The notes beneath the pieces are model-generated. The model saw only the letters and a list, made by a program, of their open reading frames with translations. It was not told the origin of the DNA and searched no databases. A DNA stretch of 64,000 bases from Octopus sinensis (Eukaryota), in assembly GCF_006345805.1 (NCBI RefSeq), contig NC_042998.1, positions 33,046,001 to 33,110,000 on the forward strand, in the 5' to 3' direction. Within the stretch, counting starts at the first letter, position 1. Every line of letters starts with the position of its first letter. Shown piece by piece: positions 1 through 11,714 of the stretch. The translations under genes and the position numbers were made by a program.

Positions 1-324
1 ACATATTACTCTTCTATCAAAATGTGTCTGTGTGTATCTGTTAGAAATCTCTGTATGGTTTTGAAATAATATCATTCAAGAAGATGTAAGCGTGTTTACA
101 TATCTTCTGTGAGTATCTTCTCTGCAAATAGGAAAACATTTCTAAAAGATTTTTGAGATTTTGTATCTGAAAGTAGCTCGTATAGAAATTAGTTAAATAG
201 ATCAGGTGGGGGCGGGGCCGATTGTGCAGTTCTGCATTTTAATTAAGTGGTTTCGACTCTGTATTTCGTTTGAGCAGAAGCTTCGTCGAATTTATAGACT
301 GAAACTACACACACACACACATGG

Positions 325-517
325 ATATGTAATGACTGTGCGCTTATAAAACTCGCTTTACAACCACATGGTTTTAATTTCAGTTACACTTCACAGCACC
401 TCGGCCAAGTGTCTACTATTTTAGCCCTGGGCAGACTGATGTCTTGTGAGTAAATTTGGTACACGAAAAATGCGTGTAAGTCAGTCACATTTATGTGTAT
501 ATGTGTGTATATGTATG

Positions 518-551
<34 letters not shown>

Positions 552-770
552 GTGTGTGTGTGTGTGATTGTGTTTGTCTCCCCACCTCTTGTCAATAGGT
601 GCTGGTTTGTTTATGTTCCCGTAACATTAAACGTTCAGCAAAACAGACTTACTGAAAGAATACCAGACCTTAAAAGTAGATAACACTGGTTCGATTTGTT
701 CCCCTAAACTTTTCAAGGCGGTGCCCTAGCATGGCCACAGTTCAATGACTGAAGCAAGGGAAAAATAAAT
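325..770 (+). mobile_element. Degenerate tRNA-derived SINE, family B
   Basis: Diverged match to B copies at 42990-43400 and 51639-52040 (caaccacatgg...ggccaagtgtct, internal (TG)n, tail ggcggtgccctagcatggccacagttcaatgactgaa). Confidence 0.75.
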
Positions 771-824
771 GATATCCTATATTGTATTCATGTATGTATG
801 TTTACATGTATGTTTACATGTATG

Positions 825-866
<42 letters not shown>

Positions 867-1107
867 TACAGAATCGGAGGGGTTTACTTCACTTCAGATC
901 TAAACGAATAGGTACTCTGGGTAAATGCTATAGGTAGTCGACTATTAGGTTCCAAGAACTTAGCATCGATACATAAAGAAAAGAATTTGAGGGCAATATT
1001 ATATCACTGGAAGAGATGGTGGAAGCTACGTGTGTTGGCAAGCAACATACTTTATATGTTAGTTTTTAAATGTTTAGTAAATAAGGTGTAACGATTTGCA
1101 GGGCTGC

Positions 1108-1157
<50 letters not shown>

Positions 1158-1160
<3 letters not shown>

Positions 1161-1472
1161 CGAAGACCACATTTCACACAAAAATAACCTATAAATTCAA
1201 CGAAGAGGTTAGGAAAAGAACATCCAGTTAATAAACGCGAAACACATATCAATTAATTAAAATAAAAGCACTGGAACACAAACACATACATACACGCAGC
1301 AAAGGATATAAATAGGTCGTGAATACCGATTGTAATAGTTCTCACCTGAGGATCGCTGTTACGCGAGATTCAAGTCGCAAGACAAACACTTTAATTTTCA
1401 ATAATAAATTAACTATCTTTCTATCTCTATTTGTGAATTAAGGTTATTTTTGTGTGAAAGTGGTCTTTGCAT
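1158..1472. repeat. Foldback cassette with ~42-bp inverted arms, probably PLE terminal-repeat derived
   Basis: 1158-1199 (atgcgaagaccacatttcacacaaaaataacc) is the near-exact reverse complement of 1432-1472. Abuts (TA)n. Same layout as 29158-29524 and 41542-41793. Confidence 0.65.
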
Positions 1473-2148
1473 TTTTTTTGCAATTGTAAGTGTAAGAGTG
1501 TGTGTCACGAAAGCATGTATTTTTTTGGCGTGTGAATATGTGCGCATATAAGAGAATAATTGCTTATGAACGAAGTTAGTTTAATTAGTTTTATTGTGAA
1601 GTGCTGTATCCTTAATTGGTGATACTTTCAAAGCCACTGTTGAGCGGCTTTGAAGTCTTACTTTGTGAGTAAAAGGCGTTTTTTTTTCTGAAATTGTGTT
1701 TCTCTTCCTTCGAAAAGGTATGTGTGTTTGTGTTTGCGTGTATGATCGTGTGTGTGTGTGTGTACGTGTCTATACATACGTGTGTGTGTATGTCTGCGTG
1801 CGCACATGGTCTTTTGTATTTCTTTAGAATTTTGTTTTCTTGTATGTCTAACATACATTTAAAGTAATAGTATGTGTTGTGTACACGCACAAGTGTATGG
1901 TCTTCTGGATTTTGTAAGCTTTTGTGTATATCTACGATTGGTGTTATTTTGCTTGTGGTCATAGAATACATTTTTGAATCAAAAGTGTGTGGGTGAGATT
2001 TTCTTCATGCATATTCGCTGTAAACTTAATTAAGAACATATCAATTGTGGATACATATGTGTTATTGATTGGCATTTTTATGATCGAATAGTCTTTGTTT
2101 TGCTTTGGCATTTTATTATTTATGTTATTTTCTATTTTCATACCCTAC

Positions 2149-2397
2149 TCAATGCGGCTGCCTTGTTAGAACGCCGAATGTTTGGGTATGCATCACAAAA
2201 GAATTTGTCAAAAAGATGCATAGTGAAAAGAACACACTTATAGCCTTAGCAGACGAGAATAATGTGGTATGGCTTCCGGAACTCTCAGGTCCTGTGATTT
2301 CAGCGTACTGCGCTTCTTCCAGAGCCTGTGTTAGACGGTTCTTGTCTACAAACGATATAGGTTTGTTCTCAGAACAAATACCGCGGTATTCGACATT
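2149..2397 (-). CDS. Candidate terminal coding exon of a host gene (membrane- or GPI-anchored protein, possible Kazal-domain end)
   Basis: Acceptor ttcttttag at 2406-2398, then 82 open codons NVEYRGICSENKPISFVDKNRLTQALEEAQYAEITGPESSGSHTTLFSSAKAISVFFSLCIFLTNSFVMHTQTFGVLTRQPH-stop. Non-repetitive sequence followed by AT/CA-rich UTR-like sequence. Confidence 0.55.
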   Translation of the reverse strand, partial: NVEYRGICSENKPISFVDKNRLTQALEEAQYAEITGPESSGSHTTLFSSAKAISVFFSLCIFLTNSFVMHTQTFGVLTRQPH

Positions 2398-2544
2398 CTA
2401 AAAGAACATTCATATTGTGTATGAAATAAAGATTATTGCCCTTCAATATTAAAACTGATCCTGTGTGTGCATGTATGTATATATATATATCTGCATGCAC
2501 ACATGCATTCATTTATATATATCCTTAAATCCTTTAAAATGTTT

Positions 2545-2583
2545 TAGCCCAAAGGCCGCAGCCATGCTGGGGCACCACCGCTG
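2545..2583 (-). mobile_element. Isolated 3' tail of CR1/L2-like LINE
   Basis: Reverse complement cagcggtggtgccccagcatggctgcggcctttgggctaaaa matches the LINE tail at 32235-32275 and the fragment at 48440-48490. Confidence 0.6.
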
Positions 2584-2594
2584 AATATATATAT

Positions 2595-2711
<117 letters not shown>

Positions 2712-2714
2712 TGC

Positions 2715-2987
2715 ATGTGGAGGTGCAATGGCCCAGTGGTTAAGGCAGCGGATCCGCGGTTGTAGCATAGCAGTTTCGATTCCCAGACCGAGCGTTGTGA
2801 TTGTTTATTGAGCGAAAACTCCTAAAGCTGCACGAGGCTCCAGCAGGGGGTGGTGGCGATACCTGCCTGCTGTACTCTTTCGCCACAACTTTCTCTCACT
2901 CTTTCTTCATTTGAAAGCTAAAACAATGCGAAGCGCATTGTGACCAGCGATGTGAAGCAACATTTGATAGCCTGGTGGGTCACGGTG
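2715..2987 (+). mobile_element. tRNA-derived SINE, family C head with alternative tail
   Basis: Box A tggcccagtgg, box B gtttcgattcc. 12-bp TSD ATATTAAAATGC at 2703-2714 and 2988-2999. Confidence 0.85.
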
Positions 2988-3249
2988 ATATTAAAATGCG
3001 TACAAACTCACGAGTGACTAGTATACTGAGTATAAAAATGTGTATATTCCCAAAGAAAATTATTTCTTATGCCGTTTGATTCTATCAGAGGGACTGTTTT
3101 TAAGTGTCGAGATCACGTTCACACATGATCAGCAGCTGACGGGATAGTTTCCCAGTTATGTTAAATATGCTTTGCCCTCTCGTTACAATCTCCGCTCATT
3201 TTCGTTATCCTCTCTTATTTGGTTTGCTTTTCTACTATAGTCTCAATTT

Positions 3250-3650
3250 CTTGTTTAGTTTAATTGTTCCTTGACAGACGCGTAGTAGGGTTTAGTTGAA
3301 AATGCTTCTGCCGAGGTGGTGCTATTTGGTAGAGGCCTAAGTCCGAGATGTAGTTCAATACATGGTATGAAGCACATATTTATTCCTCTTCTCTTCAGGC
3401 AATCTGTGAGTCTTTCCCGTAATGGTATGTCGATTTGGGAGGATTCATGATTCTGGAGATTATCTTTCCTTTCTTTCATATGGAATTGGTACCAGTTGCT
3501 TCCTAATAATTTGTCTACCTGTTCTGTAAGCGGAGCTAATTGCAATAAATCAATAATTTGTCTTGAAGGTCATTTCACACACCTTTACTTGTTTCTTATT
3601 TGCATACATGCGAGTGACCATTCTCGGATAGTTCTCTTGGCTCATTTTCG
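3250..3650 (-). mobile_element. Heavily decayed Penelope-like GIY-YIG C-terminal fragment
   Basis: Frameshifted remnants ([26 protein letters not shown]...PPRQKHFQL) follow the order of the PLE endonuclease C-terminus. Adjoins (GATA)n. Confidence 0.4.
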
Positions 3651-3692
3651 TTTCATATACATGTATATACATGTAGGGGTGGGGAGAGCGAC

Positions 3693-3746
3693 TGATAGAT
3701 AGACAGACAGACATACAGACAAATAGATAGACAGACAGACAGATAG

Positions 3747-3822
<76 letters not shown>
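3693..3822. repeat. (GATA/GACA)n microsatellite
   Basis: Direct tetranucleotide repeat. Confidence 0.95.
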
Positions 3823-3823
<1 letters not shown>

Positions 3824-4037
3824 CAAACATATAGATATATACATACAAACATGCATAAATACATATATATATACATATGCATGCAAACATACATACTTGT
3901 GTGTGTCTGTAATTATCAATTTCTTTGAAGTTTGATGTCACGTTAATCATTAAAATTCTCATTAAAAGAAAGATCAGAAAACAATAAAAATCAAAATTAA
4001 ACAATCATTCTTTATGATGTTTTCACAAACAATATCT

Positions 4038-4098
<61 letters not shown>

Positions 4099-4670
4099 GA
4101 CAGCCGACCAAAATAGTTATTGAATTGAATGGATTAACCGTAAAATATTTATCAATTTGCAAATAATATTCACAAAAGAAATAATATTTAATAACTGACC
4201 ATCGAAAAACACCAATTTAGAATAATTGATATCACATACCGCCCGAAACCAGCTTCGGATAACGATTAGTATAGAATATATGTGTGTACTTTGCTGGGAT
4301 GATCAAAAGAATCCAGTTCAAAGAAATTTCTTTGTGTGTATATACATTGAGAAGATATATGTCTTTGATAGATCTGAGTCATGAACACTCAGGAAATATT
4401 TGAAAGGACAGTAATTCCTGTGTCTTATATGTCTATTTCGAAAGACGCATACATACAGAGAAACTATGCATTTATTGTCACGCAGACACACGCAGACGTA
4501 TTTACAGTTTAATACGGTACGCATTCGTATTTACACGATTATTTGTATTGACAAGCGTAGATAGCTTTATAGTGGAGAAGTGTGTTTCGCAAAACAATGT
4601 TCTCTGGGTTCGGTCACACTGCGCAGTAGTACCTCACTTAAGTTTTTTTCAACTGCAATCGCGTTATGTA

Positions 4671-4706
<36 letters not shown>

Positions 4707-6119
4707 CATATGCGTGTGCATAATTGAGTGTGCGCGCGTGTTCATTTTTAGGAACATAGAATCGGTGCATCGCCTTGTGTTCCTTTATATCAAAACATAA
4801 CTCACAAGTCGAATTGTGTGTGTGTGTGTGTGTGTGATCGGTTAAAATCTTTGAAGGTGGTGCCCCAATGTGACCGTAATCAAATGGATGAAACCAATAA
4901 ATGAATACACACGCGCGCGCATGTGTGTATATAGTTTTTTTTTGTGCTTATTTTGTAGTCAAAATCGTAAAAATATCTCACGTACCCAATTTCTGGAAGT
5001 GCATAGGATCTCATACTAGTTAATTTGCATGACAAAAAAAAACAACCAGATAACAAAGATTCCATTTCTAGTCCGTAATTTCGATCAAATGGTCTTCGGT
5101 CGATCGTCAGCAAGTTGGGAAAGGAACGTCTGCTTACAGCGTCGTATGTCGTCTGTCACGCATCAATAATATCTCCTTTGAAATTTTGGAGACAAAATAT
5201 GAGTAAAGAGACATTTTAAAGACAGAGTAAAGAGATCGAAATTAGGTCGCTCTTTTTAGTTCAAATTTCGGTTAGTGTGGAGAATAATGGCCGACTTCTT
5301 TGTAAGATGGAGGCAGCCGGACTCCTTCCCGTTTTACCCTTTCTTTAGATGTGGGTAGTGTCTTCGTTAACTCTCGATTACCCCACTGGCAATCTATATT
5401 TCGGCAATTTCATGTCGGTTCTTTTCGCTTTATATTTGTTTGTCATACGTAATAACATTACGCGGGGTTTTCTTTCTCTTGTTAAACCGCCAGTGAGATT
5501 CATGTCCGTTTAGGAAGTGTTTTCTGTTTAATAACAAGGAATGTTTGACAGCATCCATTTTTTTCCCCAGCGTTGGGCTGTGATTTATTACTGTAAAGCG
5601 TTTCCTTTCCTAATTTTTTTTTTTTTTTTTGTAGTTTTATTGCCCCAGGTCAGCTTAAGTTGAGCTGCCCTATGCACATGTGTTGCCAGCCGAAAGATGG
5701 GATCTGATGCAAATTATTTTGTGTTTCTATCATGCCCAGAATCACACTAAACACTCCGACATCCTGTACAGGTATACACTGCAGCAGTCAATAAATAATA
5801 CATTCGTTGCAATGTTCCGATTATTCCTGTATCCTCTATACACACAAATCCTGCTTCAGCGATAGATCCCTTTTTCCTGTGCGTATCGGTGACGTTATGC
5901 ACTCTAGCTTCAATGTAGGAGATAGCGTACACATAGACATTATAGCTTTCTCTATTCTTATGAGCTTTTTCATGCTTACATAAGCTGAGTGTATGAGAAG
6001 CGAGTCCACTATATCGCTGCAATAATGTTCCGGCTTGTGGTATATGAAACTTGGCTTTTGGAGCTGAGTTATTCAGCTAATGAAAGGACTCTTCGATTAA
6101 AGCATGCTAGGCAACAAAC

Positions 6120-6433
6120 ACCGATCTGTGGAAAAGGGCCAACCAGGAGCCCATGCATGTTGAGATTAGATGAAGGAAATGGAGATGGATCGGACACACA
6201 CTGTGGAAAGAACCCTCAAATGTGATACGACAAGCACTTGACTGGAACCCGCAGAGGAAAAGGAAGCGAGGACGCCCGAAGCAGACATGGAAGCGGAGCA
6301 TTTTGGACGAGCTCAGGACCACCGGCCTGACATGGGAAGCAGCCAAGAAACACGCCAATGACCGCAAAATGTGGAAAACAACTGTTGAGGCCCTATGCTC
6401 CAAAAGGGGAAAAAAGGATTAAGAAGAAGAAGA
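6120..6433 (+). mobile_element. 5'-truncated RTE-clade LINE 3' end with (AAG)n tail
   Basis: RKWRWIGHTL...IRQALDWNPQRKRKRGRPKQTWKRS...DRKMWKTTVEALC. 11-bp TSD AGGCAACAAAC at 6109-6119 and 6434-6444. Inserted into an older RTE-like remnant (YETW motif near 6040). Confidence 0.9.
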
Positions 6434-7070
6434 AGGCAACAAACGGTACTTCACGTAAGTACAGTTGGTGCTCCATGTTTATTAATTTTGTTTCATCAGG
6501 AAGAAGGTATGTACAGGAGAATTGTATGCAAGATGTTATAATGCATAGAATACTTTTATGTGTGTTCTTTGTTGTTTTGTGGGTTTTCCTTAGAGAGGTT
6601 CAAGTTAGACGAGTGTACTCTAAGGTGGATTTGATCTGTTGTTTGTCTATCACTGATGTTTCTCTCTGTTTGCTAAATACAGTAACTTTGGTCGCTCTTC
6701 GCGTAATTCTATTCGGTTGGTGCATAATTATTGCGGGTTTTTTTTTTTTTTTAATAAATTTTATTCAACAAAAACAATAACATTATTTAAGAAAAACATA
6801 TTTAAATGACGTTCTGACCGTCTGCCAAGCAAACGGGAAGCAGTTATTGAAGTGAATGATGAATATGCTCTGGAATAATCATTTAAAGATGTTTTTATTA
6901 CATATTGTTATTGTTTTTGTTGAATAAAATTTGTTGGAAAGAAGCCGCAATAATTATGCACCAACTCAATATGTCGATTTGATTTCTTTAGCTTGTCTTC
7001 TGTTGTGCGCCTTCAGTTCTACGGATGGGTTGTAGCCCTTGATACTTTAGGTTTCGCTTTCTGTAGTAGG

Positions 7071-7366
7071 CAGTGGCGGGCTGGGTCTAAAAATATTGGT
7101 TGCCAAGCAACTCACCAGCAACTACAATGCTATCATTTATTTTTTTTATTTTTTTGTTTTTTGTTAAAAGTATTCTTTTCAACTGTCTACAAACACAGCC
7201 AGGCTGAAATAATTAATGCATTCTTCCAGGAGTGAATAAAAAAAAATTCTCAAACTTGAGGGGATAGGCCCCTTAGCTACTAACATGGGTCCCCATATAT
7301 GGATTCTAGTGGCACAGGGGCCCACTTGCCATCAGGCAAGCTGGCAACCTGGCCAGTCCGCCACTG
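7071..7366. mobile_element. hAT-type MITE
   Basis: 14-bp TIRs cagtggcgggctgg / ccagtccgccactg. 8-bp flanks gtagtagg / gtggttgg (6/8). Second copy at 38595-38845. Confidence 0.8.
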
Positions 7367-7564
7367 GTGGTTGGTTTGTATTGATGAGTGAGACAGATGA
7401 TTGTATTTAGTATTTTCCAGTGTTGCTTCGAAAAGAGAGAAGACAAACGCAGAGAGAACGCAGCCGACATGCAATAACGAAATATGGAGAGTTTTTTTTT
7501 TGTTCTTTAACAGTAAATTCCGAAAGAAAAGGGTTGTTTTACTGTGTTGGTGTCACCAGCAGCA

Positions 7565-7855
7565 ACATATCAGTCATCATCATTGTTCGACCGTGGTCGA
7601 GACAATGGAGTTAACCATGTTGCGCCAGACTTCACGGTCCATCATAGCATTACGGAGGTCCTGTTGCTGGATGCCTGTATCCCTGGAGATTACATCAGGG
7701 TAGGAGAGTGTGCGCCCTCTGGTGTTGCGAGTAGATGGCTTCCAGAGGAGAAGAGTAGAAATTACTTCTTTTTCAGTACAATCAGTACAATAAATAGAAC
7801 TTGAAGAGCACCCATCTCCCATCTCCTTATCGTCGTCTTCCAAACGCCACAACAC
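7565..7855 (-). mobile_element. RTE-like LINE 3' fragment with (GAT)n tail
   Basis: LLLWKPSTRNTRGRTLSYPDVISRDTG...NAMMDREVWRNMV, stop followed by tgatgatga. Confidence 0.8.
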
Positions 7856-8187
7856 TTCTCAAACATTTGGATATTGAGTAAGAAAAGAACAACACCATCT
7901 CTAGGGTAATGTTAAATAAGGCACGGGATTTTCAGAACGTATAAAAGTGCTACATCCTCTGTGTTACACAGAAACTTTGCAGCATTTGTCATCCACCCTA
8001 AAAAGAATTTGAACTAATTTCTGCTTTCTCATACATTCCAAGTTTCTTACACGGAAGTAAGCGACGGTCAACAACTCTTACGGTAATTCTTTGTCTTTCT
8101 TTTCCCGATCTAATAACAGGTATAGTCAACAGAAAATCGGATAGAATTAAACTACAATTGAAATGCCTAATCCCTTTTAGCTCCTAA

Positions 8188-8220
<33 letters not shown>

Positions 8221-8309
8221 GTGTGTGTTTTCATAATATATAAGGAGAGAGAGAGAGAGAGGGAGAGAGAATGTATGCGAGTATAGATATATGGTGGGTG
8301 TCTACTTCT

Positions 8310-8705
8310 TCTGCAGAGTTTGACCACCTCCAGTATCTACACCTTAGCACCATCATGGCGTCTGATGTAGCTTTTCAAACCAGACAATGTTCTGAAAAGA
8401 CAAACACGCAGATTACACATCCGATTAGGACCACAAAGAGCTGCAGATAAGTTCTGATCTTTGTGGATCTTAAAACGTTTTTTGAGGCTTCCGGCATACA
8501 CTGCATTCAAAGGTGTGCACAGACATATAGTCAGAACAGTTGGTAGAAGTTCGTTTTCCATGTGTTCGTAGATGAGATTTGAGGCCAGCAAAAGACGGGC
8601 ATGGTCTATCACAGACTGTGCGCATAAAAATGTCAATGTCACTCACCTTCTCGATCGTAACATTCTTCCTTAGATCTCTTTTGAGTCTTACATGCGTTAT
8701 CCTAG
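8310..8705 (-). mobile_element. LINE (RTE-like) 3' end encoding three decayed C2H2 zinc fingers
   Basis: VCDRPCPSFAGLKSHLRTH, FECSVCRKP...(frameshift)...FKIH, CNLRVCLFRTLSGLKSYIRRH, then stop and short tail. Confidence 0.6.
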
Positions 8706-8713
8706 ATATATAG

Positions 8714-8764
<51 letters not shown>

Positions 8765-8766
8765 AC

Positions 8767-8910
8767 TCTTTTACACTTTTACTTGTTTCAGTCATTTGAC
8801 TGTGGCCATGCTAGAGCACCGCCTTTAATCGAGAAAATCGACCCCAGGACTTATTGCTTGTAAGCCTAGTACTTATTCTATCGGTCCCTTTTGCCGAACC
8901 GCTAAGTTAC
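8767..8910 (-). mobile_element. SINE family B, 3' part
   Basis: Matches B tail (gtcatttgactgtggccatgctagagcaccgcc). Confidence 0.85.
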
Positions 8911-8953
8911 ACACATATGCATACATTCAGTGTACACAGTCATATATTTTACA

Positions 8954-9185
8954 AAGGCGGCGAACTGGCAGAAACGTTAGCACGCCGGGTGAAATGCTAA
9001 GCGGTATTTCGTCTGCCGCTACGTTCTGAGTTCAAATTCCGCCGAGGTCGACTTTGCCTTTCATCCTTTCGGGGTCGATTAAATAAGTACCAGTTACGCA
9101 CTGAGGTCGATGTAATCGACTTAATCCCTTTGTCTGTCCTTGTTTGTCCCCTCTATGTTTAGCCCCTTGTGGGTAGTAAAGAAAT
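8954..9185 (+). mobile_element. Full-length tRNA-derived SINE, family A (A1 tail; central region resembles the Meta/MESC domain)
   Basis: ggcggcgaactggcagaaacgttagc head, box B gagttcaaattcc. 12-bp TSD ATATATTTTACA at 8942-8953 and 9186-9197. Confidence 0.9.
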
Positions 9186-9761
9186 ATATATTTTACATTG
9201 ATAAAAATAGAAATTTTTACGTATTCAATATTTCAAAAAGAAGACAAGAATAACAAATAAATAAATAAATAAATAAATAAATAAATAGATAAATAAATGT
9301 TATAAAACTGCATTTAATGAAACAAAAGTTATCGCGAATTTTCTTTATATATATTATGAAAGAAATAAAACAAAAATAAAATAAAAGGACGTACCGGTAA
9401 TGGCAACCTGGAAAGTAAGAATTTACACTTTGTCAGAACTCTTTATTCACAGTTTTCTTCTGTCACTGGAACAGAATTGTTTTTTTTTTCTTTTTCGTTT
9501 CGCTTCATTGATTCTCAAATGTATAAATCCATTTTAAGTTAGGTTGTTCAACTTTCATTTTCTCACTACAATACAAGCTGACATGTCACCGCTTTGAAAA
9601 TGGCTTCTAAGTTGCTTTTGTTTGCTTCTTGGAATATATTCACTTCACGGCTATTTAGAGAAATTTCGTAAAACAAAGAAAAAGTAAAACAACGAAGTTT
9701 CTGAATTTTTTTTTTTTCATTCTCTCACTTGTTCTATTTATCTTTATTTTTTAAATTCTGC

Positions 9762-10370
9762 ATATCTCTCTCTCTCTCTTTCTTTCTTTCCTTCTTTCCT
9801 TCTTTCTTTCTTTCTTTCTTTCTTTCTTTCCTTTTTTCCTTCTTTCTTTCTTTCTTTCTTTCTTCCCTTCTTTCTTTCTTTTGTTCTTTCTTTCTTTCTT
9901 TCTTCCGTTCTTTCATTCATTCTTTCTTCCTTTCTTTCTTTCTTTCTTTCTTCCTTTCTTCCTTTCTTCCTTTCCTTCTTTCTTTCTTTCTTTCTTCCTT
10001 CCTTTCTTTCTTTCTCTCTTCCTTCTTTCTTTCCTTCTTTCTTTCTTTCCTTTTTCCTTCTTTCTTCCTTTCTTTCTTTATTTATTTATTTCTTCCCTTC
10101 TTTCTTTCTTTTGTTTTTTCTTTCTTTCTTTCTTCCCTTCTTTCATTCATTCTTTCTTCCCTTCTTTCTTTCTTTTGTTCTTTCTTTCTTTCTTTCTTCC
10201 CTTCTTTCTTTCTTTTGTTCTTTCTTTCTTTCTTTCTTCCCTTCTTTCATTCATTCTTTCTTCCCTTCTTTCTTTCTTTTGTTCTTTCTTTCTTTCTTCC
10301 ATTCTTTCTTTCCTTCTTTCTTTCTTTCTTTCTTTCTTTCTTCTGTTCTCTCTTTCTTTCTTTCTTCCAC
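9762..10370. repeat. ~600-bp polypyrimidine (CTTT/CTTC)n compound microsatellite with ~28-bp higher-order units
   Basis: Recurrent ctttcttcccttctttctttcttttgtt blocks. Confidence 0.95.
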
Positions 10371-10639
10371 TCCAGTTCTCCTTGTGGCTCATTTACATTC
10401 CCTATTTACCTCGTACCTCCAAACCATGAACTTGCCTCCCGTTTTTTTTTCTTTCTCTCTCCATCTCCAAAACTTCTGGTCTTGTTCGATTTTCTCTCAG
10501 TAATTTCCTCCGTAAACTGAAATTATTGATGACAACATGATCAGGATCATGATTATTTAAGACCACGACGGTTACCAGGACCACGACGACGGCGACGGCG
10601 ACGACACTGAACGACGGTGGTGGAGGACGTCGACACGGC

Positions 10640-11370
10640 GATGACGACGACGACGATAACAACGATGATGATGGGAATTCCGTTCGCGTTGATGATGATG
10701 ACGACGATGACGACAAGAACGAGAATGGTGATGATAATGATGATGATGATGACGATAATGATGACGATAATGATGACGATAATGACGTTGACAATGATGA
10801 TGATGATGACGATGACGATGATGATGACGATTATGACGATGACAATGATGATGATGAGAAGGACGGCGGCAATGATGATGATGATGGCAATGATGATGAT
10901 GACGATGATGATGACGACGATAATGACGAAGATGATGATGATGATGAATGATAACGACGATAATGACGATGACGATGATGATGATGATGATGACGATAAT
11001 CACGATGACGATGATGATGATGATGACGATAATGACGATGACGATGATGATGATGATGACGATAATGACGATGACGATGATGATGATGACGATAATGACG
11101 ATGATGATGATAATGATGATGACGACGATAATGACGATGACGATGATGATAATGATGACGATGATGATGATGACGACGATAATGACGATGACGATGATGA
11201 CGATAATGACGATGACGATGATGACGATGATGATGTGATGATGATGATGATGACGACGATAATGACGATGACGATGATGATGATGATGATGACGATAATG
11301 ACGATGATGATAATGACGATGACGATGATGATGGTGATGATGATGATGGTGATGATGATGATGATGATGC
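10640..11370. repeat. ~730-bp (GAT/GAC)n compound trinucleotide microsatellite
   Basis: Direct observation. Generates the spurious poly-D/M/H/S ORFs. Confidence 0.95.
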
Positions 11371-11404
11371 ACTTTTACTGCATGACAAGGATAAAAGATT
11401 AAAA

Positions 11405-11668
11405 AATAATGAATGCATCCTTCTTTAGCCATGCCAGGACCATGAAGGCCGGTTTCCCTTGGGTAAGTGTTCTGCAATATTCCTCATCTGGACGGGACGC
11501 CGGTCTGTCTCAGGATCATCATTTTCTTTTTTGCCAGACGAGTGGACTGACGCATCCAGAAATGAAGTGTCTTGCTCAACAACACAATTCGTCGCCCGGT
11601 CCAGGAATCGAAACCGCAATTTTATGCTCATGAGTCCAACACCCTAACCACTGAGCCATGCGTCTCCA
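11405..11668 (-). mobile_element. tRNA-derived SINE, family D
   Basis: Minus strand tggagacgcatggctcagtggttaggg...gtttcgattcc head, CORE-like body ttgagcaagacacttcattt...cagtccactc. Confidence 0.8.
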
Positions 11669-11714
11669 ACACGATAAGGATAATTAATGATAATTCTAAT
11701 ATCTTTCAGTCATA

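Noticed and set aside
1480-1971. 119-aa minus ORF, first suspected as a PLE C-terminus
   Set aside because: Similarity too weak. Better explained as CA-rich 3' UTR of the candidate exon.
2105-2401. 98-aa plus-strand ORF
   Set aside because: Antisense shadow of the minus-strand candidate exon, which has the splice acceptor and recognisable protein features.
5065-5120. Minus-strand CTGACGATC...GATCGAAA hammerhead-like motif (similar at 34467-34530 and 4230-4255)
   Set aside because: No convincing stem III, UH site or stem I, so not counted among the hammerheads.
8954-9050. SINE heads as functional tRNA genes
   Set aside because: A and B boxes are present but cloverleafs are broken and each continues into a shared SINE body.
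9729-11477. Long ORFs of 130-301 aa (poly-F/L/S, poly-D/M, poly-H)
   Set aside because: They are stop-free readings of (CTTT)n and (GAT/GAC)n microsatellites with no splice context or complex sequence.
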